Shown here one piece after another: positions 17,012 to 26,352 of a DNA stretch of 38,171 nucleotides (positions are counted from its first letter, which is position 1; each line of letters opens with the position of its first letter). The notes under the pieces were generated by a model. It searched no databases. It saw only the letters and a list, made by a program, of their open reading frames with translations, and had not been told where the DNA came from. The translations under genes and the position numbers were made by a program. Source of the DNA: Elusimicrobiota bacterium (GTDB lineage Bacteria; Elusimicrobiota; Elusimicrobia; UBA1565; UBA9628); contig JAMPYD010000003.1 in the NCBI GenBank assembly GCA_023700845.1, positions 1 through 38,171 on the forward strand. Reading direction: 5' to 3'.

Positions 17012-18745
17012 ATGAGCCACGATCCCCATGGCAGCGCCGAGCACCACCCCCTGACGTTCTGGGAGCGCTACGTCTTCTCCGTCGACCACAAGGTCATCGG
17101 CCTGCAGTACCTGATCACCTCGTTCATCTTCCTGCTCGTGGGCTTCGCCCTGATGGGGCTGATGCGCTGGCAGCTCGCGTGGCCGGGCACGCCGATCCCG
17201 TTTTTCGGCGGCCTGTTCCCCGCCGACCTGGCGCCGAATGGGGTCATGAGCGGTGAATTTTATAACTCGCTCGGCGCGATGCACGGCACCATCATGGTGT
17301 TCCTCGGGGTCGTGCCGCTCGCGGTCGGCGCCTACGGCAACTACGTCCTTCCGCTCCAGATCGGAGCGCCGGACATGGCGTTCCCGCGCATGAACATGAT
17401 GTCTTACTGGACCTACCTGCCCGGCGGCATCCTGATGCTGGCGTCGTTCCTGATGCCCGGCGGCGCGGCCCAGTCCGGCTGGACCTCCTACCCGCCCCTG
17501 TCCATCATCAACCCCGGCCAGACGGTGTGGCTGCTGTCGATGGTCATCCTGATCACCTCCTCGCTGCTCGGCGCGATCAACTTCCTGGTCACGACGATCA
17601 ACATGCGCGCGCCCGGGATGAGCCTTTGGCGCATGCCGGTGTTCGTGTGGGCGCAGTTCGTCACGTCGGTCCTGCTCCTGCTCGCGTTCCCCCCGCTCGA
17701 GGCGGCCTCGATCCTGCAGCTGATGGACCGGGTGTTCCACACGAGCTTCTACATGCCCAAGGACCTCGTCATCCTCGGCCAGGCGTACGCGGGCTCCGGC
17801 GGCGGGCAGCCCCTGCTGTGGCAGCACCTGTTCTGGTTCCTGGCGCACCCCGAGGTCTACGTCCTCGTGCTGCCGCCCATGGGCATCGTCGCCGAGATCA
17901 TCGCCAACAACACGCGCAAGCCGCTGCACGGCTACAAGACCCTGGTGCTCTCGATGGTCGCCATCGGCGTGATGAGCTTCATGGTCTGGGCCCACCACAT
18001 GTTCATCTCCGGCATGAGCGCCTCGCTGAGCAACTTCTTCCTGGTGACCACGATGATCATCTCCGTGCCGTCGGTCGCGATCCTGACCTGCCTCATCTTC
18101 TCGCTGAAGGGCGGCGCGATCCGCTACAACGTCCCGATGGCGTTCGCGCTCGCGTTCCTGCCGCTGTTCGGCATCGGCGGCCTGACGGGGCTGCCGCTGG
18201 GCCTGACCGTGACGGACATCTACCTGCACGACACCTATTACGTGATCGGCCACTTCCACTTCGTCGTCGTCACGGGCTCGATCATCGCGCTGATGGGCGG
18301 GACCTACTACTGGTTCCCGAAGTGGTACGGGCGCAAGATGAACGACAAGCTCGGGTGGATCCACTTCTGGGGCTCGGTGATCACGATGTGCGGCATCTTC
18401 GGACCGATGCTGTTCATGGGAATGGGCGGCGCGTCGCGCCGGCTGTACGACCCGACGGCGCAGCTGCACAACCTCCCGGTGCAGGGCTGGAACGTGGTGG
18501 CGACCTATTCGGCCTACCTCCTGGCGGCCTTCCAGCTTCCGTTCATCTACAACTTCTTCAACAGCATGTGGCGCGGCGAGAAGACGCCGGAGAACCCGTG
18601 GCAGGCCACGACCCTCGAGTGGGCGTGCCCGTCGCCGCCCCCGCACGGCAACTTCGAGAAGACGCCGACGGTATACCGCGGCCCGTACGAGTATTCCGTC
18701 CCCGGACGCAAGGACGACTTCTGGATGCAGTCGGACAAGAACTAA
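17012..18745 (+). CDS. coxA: Cytochrome c oxidase subunit I, A1-like
   Basis: DHKVIG, MHGTIM, DMAFPRMN, HPEVY, WAHHM, HDTYY, HFH, RR. Confidence 0.97.
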   Translation: MSHDPHGSAEHHPLTFWERYVFSVDHKVIGLQYLITSFIFLLVGFALMGLMRWQLAWPGTPIPFFGGLFPADLAPNGVMSGEFYNSLGAMHGTIMVFLGVVPLAVGAYGNYVLPLQIGAPDMAFPRMNMMSYWTYLPGGILMLASFLMPGGAAQSGWTSYPPLSIINPGQTVWLLSMVILITSSLLGAINFLVTTINMRAPGMSLWRMPVFVWAQFVTSVLLLLAFPPLEAASILQLMDRVFHTSFYMPKDLVILGQAYAGSGGGQPLLWQHLFWFLAHPEVYVLVLPPMGIVAEIIANNTRKPLHGYKTLVLSMVAIGVMSFMVWAHHMFISGMSASLSNFFLVTTMIISVPSVAILTCLIFSLKGGAIRYNVPMAFALAFLPLFGIGGLTGLPLGLTVTDIYLHDTYYVIGHFHFVVVTGSIIALMGGTYYWFPKWYGRKMNDKLGWIHFWGSVITMCGIFGPMLFMGMGGASRRLYDPTAQLHNLPVQGWNVVATYSAYLLAAFQLPFIYNFFNSMWRGEKTPENPWQATTLEWACPSPPPHGNFEKTPTVYRGPYEYSVPGRKDDFWMQSDKN

Positions 18746-18746
18746 C

Positions 18747-19352
18747 ATGAGCCAAGCCCAAAACCCCGCCGCGATCATGAACAATCAGGACACGCACAGC
18801 GGCGTCACGAACGCGAAGCTCGGAGTGTGGCTGTTCCTCGCCTCCGAGATCATGCTGTTCGCGACGCTGTTCACGAGCTACATCGTCCTGCGCATGGCCT
18901 CGACCTCCTGGCCGTGGGGCTGGGACGTGCTCAACGTGCCTCTGGCCACGCTGAACACCGTCATCCTCATCTCCTCGTCGGTGACCATCGTGATGGCCTA
19001 CGCGAAGGCCTACGACAAGGACAAGGGCGGCTTCCAGAAATGGATGGCGGCGACCATCCTGCTGTCGCTGGGGTTCCTCGTCGTCAAGGGCTTCGAGTAC
19101 GGCCACGAGTTCGGGCTCGGCATCGGGCCGCACACGAGCGTCTTTTACGCGATATACTTCACGATGACGGGCCTGCACGGCATCCACATCCTCGGGGGCA
19201 TCGCGGTCAACGCCGGGCTGCTGTACATGAGCACGGTGGACGGCCATTGGAGGAACCCGCTGTTCCTCGGACGCGTCGAAGGAGCCGGCCTGTACTGGCA
19301 CTTCGTCGACATCGTCTGGATATTCCTGTTCCCGGCGCTGTACCTGCTCTAG
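18747..19352 (+). CDS. coxC: Cytochrome c oxidase subunit III
   Basis: WLFLASE.MLF, NTVILISSS, TGLHGIH, YWHFVDIVW. Confidence 0.95.
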   Translation: MSQAQNPAAIMNNQDTHSGVTNAKLGVWLFLASEIMLFATLFTSYIVLRMASTSWPWGWDVLNVPLATLNTVILISSSVTIVMAYAKAYDKDKGGFQKWMAATILLSLGFLVVKGFEYGHEFGLGIGPHTSVFYAIYFTMTGLHGIHILGGIAVNAGLLYMSTVDGHWRNPLFLGRVEGAGLYWHFVDIVWIFLFPALYLL

Positions 19353-19360
19353 GAGGAGAC

Positions 19361-19771
19361 ATGTCCGCTGATACCGACGCCGCCAAGCACGACGAGCACC
19401 GCCCGAACGTGGCGCTGTACGTCAAGGTCTTCGCCGCGCTGATGGTGCTCACCTTGGTCACCGTCGCGATCTCGAAGATCCATCTCCCCCCCGCCCAGGC
19501 GGTCGCCCTAGGGCTGTTCGTGGCCCTGATCAAGGCGGGCCTCGTCGGCGCGCTGTTCATGCACCTGTGGGGCGAGAACAAGCTCATCCATAAGGCGCTG
19601 TGGATCACCGTCGGCTTCGCGGTGGTCCTGATCCTGCCCATCATCGACTTCGTCCTGATCTCCGGACGCAGCACGAGCCCGATGGCGGTCGCCGACCAGC
19701 ATCCCGCCGGCCACGACACCGACAAGGACAAGGCCGGCGAAGCGGCCGAGCCGATGAAGGCGGGGCACTGA
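19361..19771 (+). CDS. coxD: Cytochrome c oxidase subunit IV
   Basis: L.VLT.VTV and A.IKAGLV...FMHL..E; AGGAGG SD. Confidence 0.85.
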   Translation: MSADTDAAKHDEHRPNVALYVKVFAALMVLTLVTVAISKIHLPPAQAVALGLFVALIKAGLVGALFMHLWGENKLIHKALWITVGFAVVLILPIIDFVLISGRSTSPMAVADQHPAGHDTDKDKAGEAAEPMKAGH

Positions 19772-19772
19772 T

Positions 19773-19967
19773 ATGTCGCTCAAGATCTTCCACCGGTTCT
19801 TCGTCGTGCTGTGCCTGTTCCTGTTCGCCTTCACCGGCTACTGGGCCGCGGGCGGCAACGCGACGGCGCTCGTGACGCCCTGGCTCGTGTGGGCCAGCGC
19901 CGCCGGCGCGGCCGCCGTCACGGGCTACTTCGTCTGGCACGTCCGCAGGGTCCGCCTGCCCGCATGA
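19773..19967 (+). CDS. Small 2-TM hypothetical protein in the cox operon
   Basis: MSLK.FH.FF; tightly coupled to its neighbours. Confidence 0.7.
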   Translation: MSLKIFHRFFVVLCLFLFAFTGYWAAGGNATALVTPWLVWASAAGAAAVTGYFVWHVRRVRLPA

Positions 19968-20185
19968 GAGCTCTCGGGGCCGCCTCCTTGCTCGCCGCGC
20001 TGCCCGGCTCGGCCGCGGCCTGCGCGGTGTGCTTCGGCGGCTCCGCCGCGAACAAGGGCCTCCTCGACGGCATCTGGTGGGGCATCGTCGTGCTCCTGAC
20101 GGTCACGATGTTCATGGTCGGCGGCATCGGCTGGCTCCTGTACAAGGTCGAGAAGGACCGCCCCGCGGACGAGCACGGAGGATGA
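19964..20185 (+). CDS. Small membrane protein with exported CxxC (CAVC)
   Basis: Signal-like leader, ACAVCFG, one TM; ATGA overlaps on both sides. Confidence 0.7.
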   Translation: MRALGAASLLAALPGSAAACAVCFGGSAANKGLLDGIWWGIVVLLTVTMFMVGGIGWLLYKVEKDRPADEHGG

Positions 20186-21066
20186 ACACCTTGGCCGCGC
20201 GACCGGCTCGCCTGACCGCACGCCCCGCCTCGGGAGACGCGCCGTTCACCTCATGGTCCAAGGCCACGGCCGCCTCCGCTTTCTTCCTGTTGTTCGCGGG
20301 CGGGATGGTGACCTCGACGGGCTCCGGCCTCGCGGTCCCCGACTGGCCCCTCTCCTTCGGCGGCATGAACCCGCCCATGGTCGGCGGCATCTTCTACGAG
20401 CACGGCCACCGGCTGATCGCCGGCGCCGTTGCCGTCATGACGTTGATATCGCTGGGGCTCTCTCGCCGTCCCGGTGTGCCCTCGGGCGCCCGGACCGCGA
20501 CGTTCATCGCCTCGGGCGGGATACTCCTCCAAGCCCTCCTCGGGGGCTTGACGGTCCTGCTCAAGCTCCCGCCGGCCGTTTCTATCTCCCACGCCTGCCT
20601 CGGCCAGGCCGTCTTCCTCGTACTGCTGTCCGCCGTCGTCCTCTCGGTTCCCGGGACGACGTTCGGGCCCGGCTATTCCCGCGTCTTCAAGTTCGCCGTT
20701 CTGGGCCTCGGCGCCGCCTATCTCCAGCTGGCGCTCGGCGCGCTCGTCAAGCACACCGGCCAGGGCCTGGGCTGGCATATCCTGTGGGCAAGCACCGTTG
20801 CCGTTCTGGCCGTACTGGCCTGCTTCACCGCTTTCCGTTCCCGCGCCGCGGTCCTCAAAGGTCCTGCGCTTCTCCTCGCCGTCGCCGTGCCTCTGCAGGT
20901 AGCCCTGGGGCTTTTCGCCATGCTCGTGCGCGTGGACTCGACCGTCGTCCTCGGCTTCCGGGAGGCCGCCCTGTGGCGCACCGCCCATCTCTCCGGCGGC
21001 GCGCTGACCATGGCCGCCTTCCTGCTCCTGGCCCTGCGTTCGCGCCGGACCGCGGAGGCGCCGTGA
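20182..21066 (+). CDS. ctaA: Haem A synthase (COX15/CtaA)
   Basis: GG.VTSTGSGLAVPDWP, EHGHRL, Q..LGG.TV, further His ligands. Confidence 0.85.
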   Translation: MNTLAARPARLTARPASGDAPFTSWSKATAASAFFLLFAGGMVTSTGSGLAVPDWPLSFGGMNPPMVGGIFYEHGHRLIAGAVAVMTLISLGLSRRPGVPSGARTATFIASGGILLQALLGGLTVLLKLPPAVSISHACLGQAVFLVLLSAVVLSVPGTTFGPGYSRVFKFAVLGLGAAYLQLALGALVKHTGQGLGWHILWASTVAVLAVLACFTAFRSRAAVLKGPALLLAVAVPLQVALGLFAMLVRVDSTVVLGFREAALWRTAHLSGGALTMAAFLLLALRSRRTAEAP

Positions 21067-21902
21067 AGGATTACCTCCAGCTGGCCAAGCCCCGCATCGC
21101 CTTGATGGTGGCCTTGACCGTCTGGCTCGGCTGGGCGCTGGCCGGAGGCGAGGCGACGCTGTCCCTCCTCCTCGTCGCCGTCGGTTCGTCGTTGGCGGCC
21201 GCCGCCTGCGGGGCGCTCAACCAGCGCCTGGAGATCGTCGAGGACGGGCTGATGAACCGCACCCGCAACCGCCCCCTGCCGACGGGGAGGGTCTCCCCTC
21301 GCGCCGCCCTCGTCTTCGGCCTCGTCCTCGCCGCGGCCGGCCCGGCGTTGGTCTGGGCCGCGGGCGGAGCCCTGGCGGGCGCGCTCACGATCGCCACCAT
21401 CGTCCTCTACGTCCTCGTCTACACCCCGCTCAAGAAGGTCACGCCGCAGACCACCTGGATCGGCGCCGCCGCGGGCGCCACCTCTCCTCTCATCGGCTGG
21501 GTGGCCGCGGGCGGCCCGCTCGACGCGCGCGCCTTCACCTTGTTCGCGATCCAATTCCTGTGGCAGATCCCGCATTTCCTCGCGCTGTTCTGGATCTACC
21601 GCGAGGACTACGCGCGCGCCGGCTTCAAGGTGATGCCCGTCGTGCACCCGAGCGGCGGCACCACCGCCATCCAGATCGCCGTCCACTCCTTCACCTTGCT
21701 GCCGGCCACCATCGCGCCCTCTCTCGTCGGCCTGGCGGGACCGGGCTACGCGATCGGCGCCTTCGCCGTCTCCGGCTCCTTCCTCCTGCTCGGCCTGCGC
21801 GCGAGCTGGACGATGACCGTCGCCGACAACCGCCGGCTGTTCCTGGCCTCTCTCGCTTTTCTTCCTCTCATCTTCGGCATGATGCTCTTCGGAGGCGTCT
21901 GA
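21063..21902 (+). CDS. ctaB: Protohaem IX farnesyltransferase (haem O synthase)
   Basis: KPRI, D..M.RT..RPLP.G, YTPLK, WQIPHF, EDY..AG; GTGA coupling. Confidence 0.95.
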   Translation: MKDYLQLAKPRIALMVALTVWLGWALAGGEATLSLLLVAVGSSLAAAACGALNQRLEIVEDGLMNRTRNRPLPTGRVSPRAALVFGLVLAAAGPALVWAAGGALAGALTIATIVLYVLVYTPLKKVTPQTTWIGAAAGATSPLIGWVAAGGPLDARAFTLFAIQFLWQIPHFLALFWIYREDYARAGFKVMPVVHPSGGTTAIQIAVHSFTLLPATIAPSLVGLAGPGYAIGAFAVSGSFLLLGLRASWTMTVADNRRLFLASLAFLPLIFGMMLFGGV

Positions 21903-21903
21903 C

Positions 21904-22602
21904 ATGAACCGCTGGCTTATACCCGCCCTGCTCCTCTGCCTCGCCGCCTGCTCCCCGCAGGCCGACCTCGCCGACCCCGTCGCCCGCGGCGAGCGGGACT
22001 TCAACGGCCTCGGCTGCGTGAAATGCCACGTCGTCGGCGACGTCGGCAACGACTGGGGCCCCGACCTCACCAACCTCGGCTTCCGCAAGTCCGCGGACTG
22101 GATCGATCATTGGCTCAAGGACCCTCACGCCTGGAACCCGAAGACGGTCATGCCAAACTTCAACCTGAAGGACAAGACCCGCGCCGACCTCGTCGCCTAT
22201 CTGTCCGCGCAGAAGGGACAGGCCTGGAAGGTCAAGCCGTGGGAGACCGAGGCCGCGAAGGCCCTGCCCGCGCCCGAGCGCGGCCGCATCCTCTTCAACT
22301 CCGTCGGCTGCGTGTCCTGCCACGCGAAGGACGGCTACGGCGGCTACCCGAACAACAACGTGGCCGGCGGCCTGATCAGCTCGCTGAGCAAGGTCACCGA
22401 GGGCTACAGCAAGACCGAGCTGCACGACAAGATCAAGCACGGCGCGGTGCCCATCCCGAGCGACTCGAAGGCGCCGGCGCCCATGCTCCAGATGCCGAAG
22501 TGGGGCGACCAGCTCAGCGCCAAGGAGATCGACCTCGTCGTCGAGTATCTGTACTCCTTGGCCCCGAAGAGCACGGGCCCGGCCTCCAAGGACGACTTCT
22601 AG
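21904..22602 (+). CDS. Lipoprotein dihaem cytochrome c (paralogue 2)
   Basis: Lipobox LAAC; CVKCH and CVSCH; shares GPDLT, MPN, GGYPNNNV.GGLI, MP.WG with 13634..14314. Confidence 0.9.
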   Translation: MNRWLIPALLLCLAACSPQADLADPVARGERDFNGLGCVKCHVVGDVGNDWGPDLTNLGFRKSADWIDHWLKDPHAWNPKTVMPNFNLKDKTRADLVAYLSAQKGQAWKVKPWETEAAKALPAPERGRILFNSVGCVSCHAKDGYGGYPNNNVAGGLISSLSKVTEGYSKTELHDKIKHGAVPIPSDSKAPAPMLQMPKWGDQLSAKEIDLVVEYLYSLAPKSTGPASKDDF

Positions 22603-22617
22603 CCAAGCCCAGGAAGG

Positions 22618-22650
22618 ACCCCGCCCCTCATATGAGGGGCGGGGTTTTTT
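22618..22650 (+). terminator. Rho-independent terminator of the cox operon
   Basis: Perfect palindrome ACCCCGCCCCTCAT-ATGAGGGGCGGGGT followed by a T run. Confidence 0.9.
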
Positions 22651-23869
22651 ATTTGGCGAGGCGCTTGCGCAGGGCGTCGACGTAGGCGTTGGGCCCCAGG
22701 GCCCGCAGCGCGGGCGTGTCCTGGCGCGCGAACACCTTGCGCGCGCGCGCGGCGCGGCCGGCGGCGAGCTCGGCCTCGATGACGGCCCACTGATCGCTCG
22801 GCCAGTCCTCGAGGCCTCCCGGCGAGCGCAGGACCTTCCCGTCGCGCACGAAACGCGTCCAGATGAAGTCGAGGGTGCGGCGCGCGTGGGCCTTCTGCGC
22901 GGGCGTGGCCGCCGGCGAGAGCAGGACGGCGCGGGCCATGTCGGCGTTGGGCCCCGAGAACAGGCGCCGGTCGACCTCGGGCAGGCCCGACGCGCGGCGT
23001 CCGGCGTCGTCCTTGGCGAAGTAGGAGGCCCCCTCCTCGACGCGCCCATCGGCCAGGGCGACCTCGCCCATGACCGAGGAGGCGTAGCCGCCGCCGGGCA
23101 AAGACATGAAGGCCTCCACGAAGCGCAGGACGGACGCGGCGCGCGCGGCGTCCGTGGACAGGACGACGGCCGCCTGATCGGCGAGCGTCTTGGCGTGCTC
23201 CGCCGGGGAACGGTGGACTCCGCCCCACACCGCGTCGTCGGGGCCCGGCGCGGGCTCGGGCCGCCGCCGGACGGCCTCGAGCCGCCGCCGGGCGTCGGCC
23301 GCGAACCCGTCGGCCTTGGCGGGGTCCTCCTTCACCGTGCGCGCGATCAGGCTCGCCCACGGCAGCAGCAGCTTGGACGTCAGACGCGCCGCGCCCGCCA
23401 GCTCCCGCCCGTCGGGATGGACCAAGGCCGTCGTCGGCCAGGCCCCCACGCCGTACATGAAGGCCAGGTCGGGCCGCTCGTCGACGTCGGCCCGCGTCGC
23501 CACCAGGTTCTCGGCGATCCACTTCGCCGTCTTCGGGTCCGCGTAGGCCGTCTCCTCCATGACCCGCGCCTCCCGCGACCACACGGGAGCCAGGTGAAGC
23601 AGCACGAGCCTGTCCTGAGCCTTCGCCCGCGCCAGCGCGCCGGGGTAGAACTCGGAGAATTCCACGAGCATCCGCGACGGCGTCCTGTACGCGGGCGCAT
23701 TACCGCGCCCCCACCCCCCCGTCATCCATGAAGGGAAAACGCCGGGGCTGATCGCGATGAGACCGGCGGCCAACGCGCAGACGGACATGATCGCGCCGAG
23801 GATCATCATGACAAGCGCATGAGTGCGTTTGGATTTGAGTTTTTGTTCTTCCGTTCGGTTGTCGGCCAT
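22649..23869 (-). CDS. Membrane-anchored, degenerate YyaL/DUF255-like protein lacking CxxC
   Basis: ALARAKAQDR, WSREARVMEE, D.DERPDL...Y...WP.T, GG.HR....HAKTL.DQA, P.VD.RLFSG.NA mirror YyaL motifs. Confidence 0.7.
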   Translation of the reverse strand: MADNRTEEQKLKSKRTHALVMMILGAIMSVCALAAGLIAISPGVFPSWMTGGWGRGNAPAYRTPSRMLVEFSEFYPGALARAKAQDRLVLLHLAPVWSREARVMEETAYADPKTAKWIAENLVATRADVDERPDLAFMYGVGAWPTTALVHPDGRELAGAARLTSKLLLPWASLIARTVKEDPAKADGFAADARRRLEAVRRRPEPAPGPDDAVWGGVHRSPAEHAKTLADQAAVVLSTDAARAASVLRFVEAFMSLPGGGYASSVMGEVALADGRVEEGASYFAKDDAGRRASGLPEVDRRLFSGPNADMARAVLLSPAATPAQKAHARRTLDFIWTRFVRDGKVLRSPGGLEDWPSDQWAVIEAELAAGRAARARKVFARQDTPALRALGPNAYVDALRKRLAK

Positions 23870-23872
23870 GAA

Positions 23873-25936
23873 TCAGTCCATCCTCCGGCGCAATTCCTGG
23901 GGGTCTTCGATAGGAAGCCCGCACGCGTGTTCCACGCATAGGTAGGCTCGTGCTTTGGTCCCTTCAGCGAACTCCTTGACGATCGGTACGATCGTCGATA
24001 ACGCCGCCTTATCGGCTCGTCGATAGGCGGCGAAAACGAGTCCCGGTCCAAGCTTCTCCCGGGCGACGCCGACAAGTTCCTTTCCCCCGGGCAGATCCAT
24101 GTCGGAGATGATCAAAGTCGTCTTCTTCCCGACCGCTCTGTCCCAAGCGGCCAAAAGAAAGGGCATCGCGAGCGGCCGCGAAGTTAAGGAAGCCCCGAAC
24201 CGTTCCAATGTCTCGTCCGCGAAGCGCCGAAACTCCTCGCGGCCCGTCAGATCATAAAGCCGCAAGCAAACGTCGGCCATCACCGAGCTCGGCGCCGGTT
24301 CCACTCCGTCGTGATCCTCTATCGCCCGCGTGAAAAGTTCGCCGCCGTCATTCTGTCCCGTCTGAAAGAGCCCCCCGCCGTCCGCCGCGAAGCGGCGAAT
24401 GGTTTCCATCGCGAGGTCGTTCGCCCAAACGAGATGGCCGGGCTTGAACGAGGCCTCGTACAGCCCCAGCATCCCGTACGCCATGTTCGCATAATCATCC
24501 GCCATGCCGTTGACCGCTTTCTCCCCGTCGCGCCATCGTCGCCATAAGGCTTTCCCGTCGGGCGACGATAATTCGCGGCGGACGAAGTCCGCGGCGCCCT
24601 CGGCGAGCGCCAGATACGTTCCGTTGCCGGTCGCGCCGAAGGCGCGAGCCAGCCCCGCGATCGCGAGCCCGTTCCACGAAGTCAATATCTTGTCGTCCAG
24701 CGAAGGCCGCGGCCGCTTCGCCCGTTCCTCGAACAGCTTGGCCCGCATGACGCCCGCCGTCTTTTCGTCGAGCGCCCCCGGATCCTTCTCGTACAGCACG
24801 CACTTCCCCTCGAACTCCCCATGCGGGTCCGCGATCGCGTTCGAGCCCTCGACCACGCCGTACCTCGCGCAGACCCCCCCCGCGCCGTTCCCCAAGATCG
24901 CCTCGATCTCGGCCTTCCGCCAAAGATAGAACGCCCCCTCCTTCTTATGCCCATGCGGCTCGTCGTACGGCAGGCTGTCCGCGTCTTCCGCGGACCAGAA
25001 CCCCCCGCCCGGGGCCCTCAGGTCCCTCTCGAGATACCCGATCGTGCGCTCCAAGGCTCGTAAAAGCTCCCCGTCCTTCGACACGTTCACCGCGTCGGCC
25101 AGATTCTCGACCAGCTGCGCGTTGTCGTACAGCATCTTCTCGAAATGCGGCACCCGCCACGCGTGGTCCGTCGAGTACCTCGCGTACCCGCCCCCGAGCT
25201 GATCGAACAGGCCTCCCCGCGTCATCGCCCGCAAGGTCTCCACCGCCATGGTCCGCAGGTCGACGTCCCCGGTCCGCGCGTGACGGCGCAGCAGGAAGCG
25301 GACGTTCGCCGGCATCGGGAACTTGGGCGCCTCGCCGAAGCCGCCGTGCTCCGCGTCGAAGGAAGCGCGCAGGGCGGATTCCGCCGCCTCGAGCGCTCCT
25401 TCCTCCGGGCGCCCGCGCGCCGCGTCCGACGCGGAGGCGTACGCCGTCACCGCGCGCGCGAGCCCCGCGGCGTCGTTCTCGATGTCGGCGCGCCGCTCCT
25501 TCCAGAGCGACGCCAGCCTCTCGAGCAGGCTCGTCCACGACGGGCGCCCGTACCGCGAATCCGGCGGGAAGTAGGTGCCCCCATAGAACGGCTTGAGGTC
25601 CGGCGTGAGGAACACGTTCAGCGGCCAGCCGCCCTGACCCGACATCGCCTGCACAGCGGTCATGTACACCTTGTCGACGTCGGGGCGCTCCTCGCGGTCG
25701 AGCTTCACGCAGACGAAATGCCGGTTCATCACCTCGGCGACGGCGGGGACGGAGAAGCTCTCGTGCTCCATGACGTGGCACCAATGGCAGGTCGAGTAGC
25801 CGACCGACAGCAGGATGGGCTTGTCCTCGGCCTTCGCCCGGGCGAAGGCCTCCGGCCCCCACGGGTACCAGTCGACGGGGTTGTCCTTGTGCTGGAGCAG
25901 GTAAGGGCTCTTCTCGGCGGCGAGGCGGTTGGCCAT
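23873..25936 (-). CDS. yyaL: YyaL/SSP411 thioredoxin-domain protein with six-hairpin glycosidase-like domain
   Basis: [55 protein letters not shown]; start overlaps the crcB stop (TGATG). Confidence 0.92.
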   Translation of the reverse strand: MANRLAAEKSPYLLQHKDNPVDWYPWGPEAFARAKAEDKPILLSVGYSTCHWCHVMEHESFSVPAVAEVMNRHFVCVKLDREERPDVDKVYMTAVQAMSGQGGWPLNVFLTPDLKPFYGGTYFPPDSRYGRPSWTSLLERLASLWKERRADIENDAAGLARAVTAYASASDAARGRPEEGALEAAESALRASFDAEHGGFGEAPKFPMPANVRFLLRRHARTGDVDLRTMAVETLRAMTRGGLFDQLGGGYARYSTDHAWRVPHFEKMLYDNAQLVENLADAVNVSKDGELLRALERTIGYLERDLRAPGGGFWSAEDADSLPYDEPHGHKKEGAFYLWRKAEIEAILGNGAGGVCARYGVVEGSNAIADPHGEFEGKCVLYEKDPGALDEKTAGVMRAKLFEERAKRPRPSLDDKILTSWNGLAIAGLARAFGATGNGTYLALAEGAADFVRRELSSPDGKALWRRWRDGEKAVNGMADDYANMAYGMLGLYEASFKPGHLVWANDLAMETIRRFAADGGGLFQTGQNDGGELFTRAIEDHDGVEPAPSSVMADVCLRLYDLTGREEFRRFADETLERFGASLTSRPLAMPFLLAAWDRAVGKKTTLIISDMDLPGGKELVGVAREKLGPGLVFAAYRRADKAALSTIVPIVKEFAEGTKARAYLCVEHACGLPIEDPQELRRRMD

Positions 25937-26307
25937 CAGCGCCCGCCCAGGACCGCGCCGGCCCGGAACAGGGCCAGGCCCGCCGCGACGCTGAACAGGA
26001 CGTAGCCCCCGGCGCGCAGGGGCGCGACGCGCAGGAGGACGTCGAGCTCCAGGATCAAAGCGGAGAAGGTGGTGTAGGCGCCGCAGAAGCCAGTCATGAG
26101 CAGCAGGCGGCCGTTGGGCCCGCCGAAGCCCCGCTTGGCGGCGGCGGCGTCGATGAACCCGATGAGAAGGCAGCCGCTGAGGTTGACGGCCAAGGTCCCC
26201 CACGGCAGCCAGCCCCCGAAAAGGCCGAACAGCCCCGCCGACAGCGCCCACCGCGCCAGCACGCCCGCGGTCCCGCCGGCCAGAAGGGCGCCTATGCTCT
26301 CGATCAT
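25936..26307 (-). CDS. crcB: Fluoride channel Fluc/CrcB
   Basis: GG..G...[20 protein letters not shown]. Confidence 0.9.
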   Translation of the reverse strand: MIESIGALLAGGTAGVLARWALSAGLFGLFGGWLPWGTLAVNLSGCLLIGFIDAAAAKRGFGGPNGRLLLMTGFCGAYTTFSALILELDVLLRVAPLRAGGYVLFSVAAGLALFRAGAVLGGR

Positions 26308-26352
26308 GGAGCCATTCTATCATCCCCCGACGGGCCAATGATATAATCGCCC
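26308..26352. promoter_or_regulatory. 45-bp divergent promoter with two extended -10 elements, both leaderless
   Basis: Minus: TGA-TAGAAT-6nt-ATG (crcB). Plus: TGA-TATAAT-5nt-ATG (radical SAM). Confidence 0.7.

Noticed and set aside
17848-17862. Reassigning the oxidase as a nitric oxide reductase
   Set aside because: The cross-link Tyr of HPEVY, the D-channel, CuA, subunits III/IV and the haem A synthesis genes are all present; there is no positive NOR signature.
16043-18784. 913-aa antisense ORF over coxBA, and similar long shadow ORFs (84..1526, 2972..5392, 5382..6920, 29309..31150, 34843..36270)
   Set aside because: These are antisense or off-frame to genes with clear family motifs, are Arg/Gly/Ala-rich, and are expected from stop-codon scarcity in high-GC DNA.
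23780-24300. Locally AT-richer codons in the yyaL 3' end (also in parts of the MFS, NlpC/P60 and radical SAM genes) as a sign of insertion
   Set aside because: The reading frames are continuous and no boundary repeats are visible; this cannot be distinguished from ordinary variation without computation.
23873-26338. Apparent 821-aa YyaL with an N-terminal extension or CrcB fusion
   Set aside because: The extension is an off-frame read of crcB; YyaL starts at MANRL (25936) through a TGATG overlap.
26308-26352. Fluoride riboswitch upstream of crcB
   Set aside because: Only 45 bp, filled by two -10 elements; the gene appears leaderless and no aptamer is recognisable.
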